59,274 nucleotides of DNA, taken from positions 1-59,274 of the forward strand of contig JAWCQN010000004.1 in assembly GCA_038869755.1 (NCBI GenBank). Reading direction: 5' to 3'. Shown here in pieces: positions 56,578 to 59,274 of the stretch. The DNA comes from Candidatus Pacearchaeota archaeon. GTDB taxonomy: Archaea; Nanobdellota; Nanobdellia; Pacearchaeales; GW2011-AR1. Position 1 is the first letter of the stretch. Each line of letters starts with the position of its first letter. Position numbers and translations under genes: made by a program. The notes under the pieces were generated by a model. The model searched no databases. It was given only the letters and a program-made list of their open reading frames with translations, and had not been told where the DNA came from.

Positions 56578-58923
56578 CTATAACTTTTTTTTAGAAATAT
56601 ACCAGATTATATAACTTAGGGATCCTATTCCAAACAATAAAATAATAATTATTAAAACATAAAGAAAATAAGTATTACTTCTCTTAATATTTTCCTGAGA
56701 AGAAACTGTGGTTGAATTGTCTGTTAAATTAAATCCAGACTGATTACTTCCTGAAAAAAAGGTATTATTGTTTTGAACTCCCCCAGCTATACCTGCCCCA
56801 CTTCCAGAGCTTCCACCTCCAGAAGAACCCCTTCCACCAGAAAAATTAGTAGGGGTTTCCTCAGCAGAGTATTTTGAAAATCCAATTACATTAAAAACAA
56901 GATTACCATTATTATAATTTATATTAGAGCAAATATTTGAAGGGCATACTTCATCATTCATTAAAACTCTCGGGTTGTCAAAAGGCAAATTGTATAAAGT
57001 TAAAGTTGCAGATTTATTCAATTGGGGAGATATGACTGAATTTATTTCTATATGGTTGCTATTAATTATGACTCTTGAATTCAAATCTATCCCATCAGAC
57101 AGGTTAACAGGAGAATTAAAGTGAATTTTTCCCTTACCTGTTTTCTCCAGAATTAAATTTGGAATATTTGAAGTGTCAATAATAGAAAGATTAGTTGTGG
57201 ACCCGTCAAAATTATCATAACTAATATTCAAATATTCAAATGCTCCAACATCTACACCTCTGCCTTGTGGAACAAAATTTCCTGAAAAATCTCTTATTAA
57301 TCCAACATTAGTTCCTGCATCAATCCCAGGAGAATTCTGCAAAAGCCTGAAATTATTATTGCCTGAATCAACAAACAAAGGATTAGTGGTTATTGAATTT
57401 GTTGAATTTCCATAAGCAAGACTAAACTCCATGTAATTACTAATACTGGCATTTCCCCATAGTATAAACCCAAAATAAGATTTTCCAAATGCATTATTTT
57501 CATAAATATTATTTTTTCCAAGAATTCCGTCATTCTCACCCCCATTTTCCACAAATAATTGATATTCTGAATTATTGACTGCTATATTATTTTTTATAAT
57601 ATTTCCTGTAACAGAATCATTAACCAATTTATAATCTCCATGAACCCATATTCCATATTTATTACCGACAGCAACATTATTGAAAATAGAGTTGTTATGA
57701 ATTCCAGACCTATTATCACTACCATACAAAGTAAAACCTCCATGAGAATTATTATATGCAATGTTATAATACATTTTTACCCCTACTCCTTGCTCTGCAA
57801 TAAATCCGTTTTTTGAGTTATTATATGCAATATTATACCTAGCAACACAACCCTCATTGAAAACATCAAAATAAAATCCTGCTCCGCTTCCAGATAAATT
57901 TCCATAATTGCTATGTGAAACAGAGTATTCAATTAAAAGATTGGAAGCATTATAAGATCCAATTCCAGTGCCTTCTGTAATAGCAAAACCATTTCCATAC
58001 GCTGTTGAGTATCTTACAATAGTATTATTTGTTCGAGCTGAAATCTGAATTCCTGATCCTCCATTTCCATATGAAGTGACATTTTGGATAAAACCATTAT
58101 CATTAGTCAGGTAATTATGTGAATTAGTTGTAAGGACTCCATGACCAAAATTATAGGATGAGATAGAATTTATTATAGTAATATTATCTACATCTCCAGT
58201 AGCATTGTAAGCCTGAATTCCAACATTATTTGTTTTATCTGCATGCAATCCGTCTATTGTGATGTAATTTTTTCCTAAAATAGAAACTCCAAGACTCCTG
58301 ACACTGGCCTCAATACCGGGATTTTGAGGAATTAGATTTGGGTTGCTCAATGAATAAATATATAGAGTATTAGAACTCCAATTCCACTCATATTCATTGT
58401 TTAATTGCGTATCCTGCTCAGGAATTCCCCTCACTCCATTAAAAAAAACCTGTTTTGTGGGAGTTGTTAAATTAACCTTCCATATGCCCGAACCCATGTC
58501 CTGCCATCCTGTAAGAACATTTGCTCCACTAATTATAGGATTGGGGCCGGAACCATATGCTCCAAAAAATATATGACTGGTAGAATTTCCAGAATTTGGA
58601 ACATTAAGCTGCTCTCTCCATATCTGGCCTCTTTTAAATAAAACAGAGTCTCCGGGATTTAAAGTCAAAGAATTTATTTTTGAAATAGTTTTAAATGGAA
58701 GCAATTCACTTGTACCGGAATTTGAATCATTTCCATTGATAAAATCCACATAATAAGTTGTTCCAACTGGGCTTAAATCGACCTTGATGGATTTTTGAAA
58801 ATTATTAAACTGATATATAACAAGTATAAATAAAATTACTAACAGAACCAAAACCAGTTTTAACACCTTTAAATTATCCCTATTTACCACTCTTTTCACC
58901 ATTAAGATAAAATATGTTTTCAC
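56578..58923 (-). CDS. Surface-anchored right-handed beta-helix (pectin-lyase-like) protein
   Basis: TYYVD..NG.DSNSGTS...PFKTI; Asn/Gly-rich beta-helix repeats; F.L..NSP.IDAG...D.GAFE; N- and C-terminal TMs; Gly/Ser linker. Confidence 0.82.
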   Translation of the reverse strand: MKTYFILMVKRVVNRDNLKVLKLVLVLLVILFILVIYQFNNFQKSIKVDLSPVGTTYYVDFINGNDSNSGTSELLPFKTISKINSLTLNPGDSVLFKRGQIWREQLNVPNSGNSTSHIFFGAYGSGPNPIISGANVLTGWQDMGSGIWKVNLTTPTKQVFFNGVRGIPEQDTQLNNEYEWNWSSNTLYIYSLSNPNLIPQNPGIEASVRSLGVSILGKNYITIDGLHADKTNNVGIQAYNATGDVDNITIINSISSYNFGHGVLTTNSHNYLTNDNGFIQNVTSYGNGGSGIQISARTNNTIVRYSTAYGNGFAITEGTGIGSYNASNLLIEYSVSHSNYGNLSGSGAGFYFDVFNEGCVARYNIAYNNSKNGFIAEQGVGVKMYYNIAYNNSHGGFTLYGSDNRSGIHNNSIFNNVAVGNKYGIWVHGDYKLVNDSVTGNIIKNNIAVNNSEYQLFVENGGENDGILGKNNIYENNAFGKSYFGFILWGNASISNYMEFSLAYGNSTNSITTNPLFVDSGNNNFRLLQNSPGIDAGTNVGLIRDFSGNFVPQGRGVDVGAFEYLNISYDNFDGSTTNLSIIDTSNIPNLILEKTGKGKIHFNSPVNLSDGIDLNSRVIINSNHIEINSVISPQLNKSATLTLYNLPFDNPRVLMNDEVCPSNICSNINYNNGNLVFNVIGFSKYSAEETPTNFSGGRGSSGGGSSGSGAGIAGGVQNNNTFFSGSNQSGFNLTDNSTTVSSQENIKRSNTYFLYVLIIIILLFGIGSLSYIIWYISKKKL

Positions 58924-58969
58924 ACTTTAAAAAGATGTTTGTGCCAAACCCTCTCTCGCCTTCTGAATT

Positions 58970-59274
58970 TTATAGCCCTGCCAGGATTCGAACACTTACA
59001 TTCGTAAGAATGGAAGTTCCCGAGAATTTCCAATTCTCGTGGACTGGGACAGGTTCGATTATAGCCCTGCCAGGATTCGAACACTTACATTCGTAAGAAT
59101 GGAAGTTCCCGAGAATTTCCAATTCTCGTGGACTGGGACAGGTTCGATTATAGCCCTGCCAGGATTCGAACACTTACATTCGTAAGAATGGAAGTTCCCG
59201 AGAATTTCCAATTCTCGTGGACTGGGACAGGTTCGATTATAGCCCTGCCAGGATTCGAACACTTACATTCGTAA
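58970..59274 (-). repeat. Tandem array of an identical 89-bp unit (3.4 copies, runs off the window) containing a tRNA 3' end
   Basis: Units start at 58971, 59060, 59149, 59238; the - strand of each ends GTTCGAATCCTGGCAGGGCTA (T-loop, T-stem, acceptor strand); internal hairpins CTTAC/GTAAG and CGAGAATT/AATTCTCG. Confidence 0.92.

Noticed and set aside
58914-59262. ORFs of 60-67 aa in the terminal repeat
   Set aside because: They are by-products of the 89-bp tandem unit (not a multiple of 3) and overlap tRNA-derived sequence.
58970-59274. CRISPR array
   Set aside because: Units are identical over the whole 89 bp with no variable spacers, and there are no cas genes in the window.

Overview
An AT-rich archaeal chromosomal window, most likely from a DPANN organism of the Pacearchaeota/Woesearchaeota type. 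This is inferred from eL33/L35Ae, uL16/L10e, eS6, eL41, aIF2-gamma, RFC-S/L, deoxyhypusine synthase, TATA-box promoters just upstream of start codons, and many bacterial-type accessory genes. It holds about 55 CDS. These include translation and replication housekeeping genes, PEP synthase, two MNT-HEPN-like paralogues, a bacterial-type TGT, DisA, a large Cys-rich surface-protein module, two matrixin paralogues, a pair of twin-arginine secreted enzymes and a ~13 kb sugar/glycan cluster. There are four complete tRNA genes: Glu-UUC, Ile-UAU with a 54-nt BHB intron, Asp-GUC, and Glu-CUC with a 129-nt intron. The most unusual signal is non-coding. Three tRNA loci carry tandem duplications of a tRNA end or promoter, and two of them include short hairpin-rich inserts that share motifs, which suggests a family of tiny tRNA-targeting elements. 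The window also has an unannotated ~130-nt multi-stem RNA candidate, and exact nucleotide identity restricted to conserved motifs of otherwise diverged paralogues (possible short-patch gene conversion). All functional calls come from motif recognition by eye; no searches were run.
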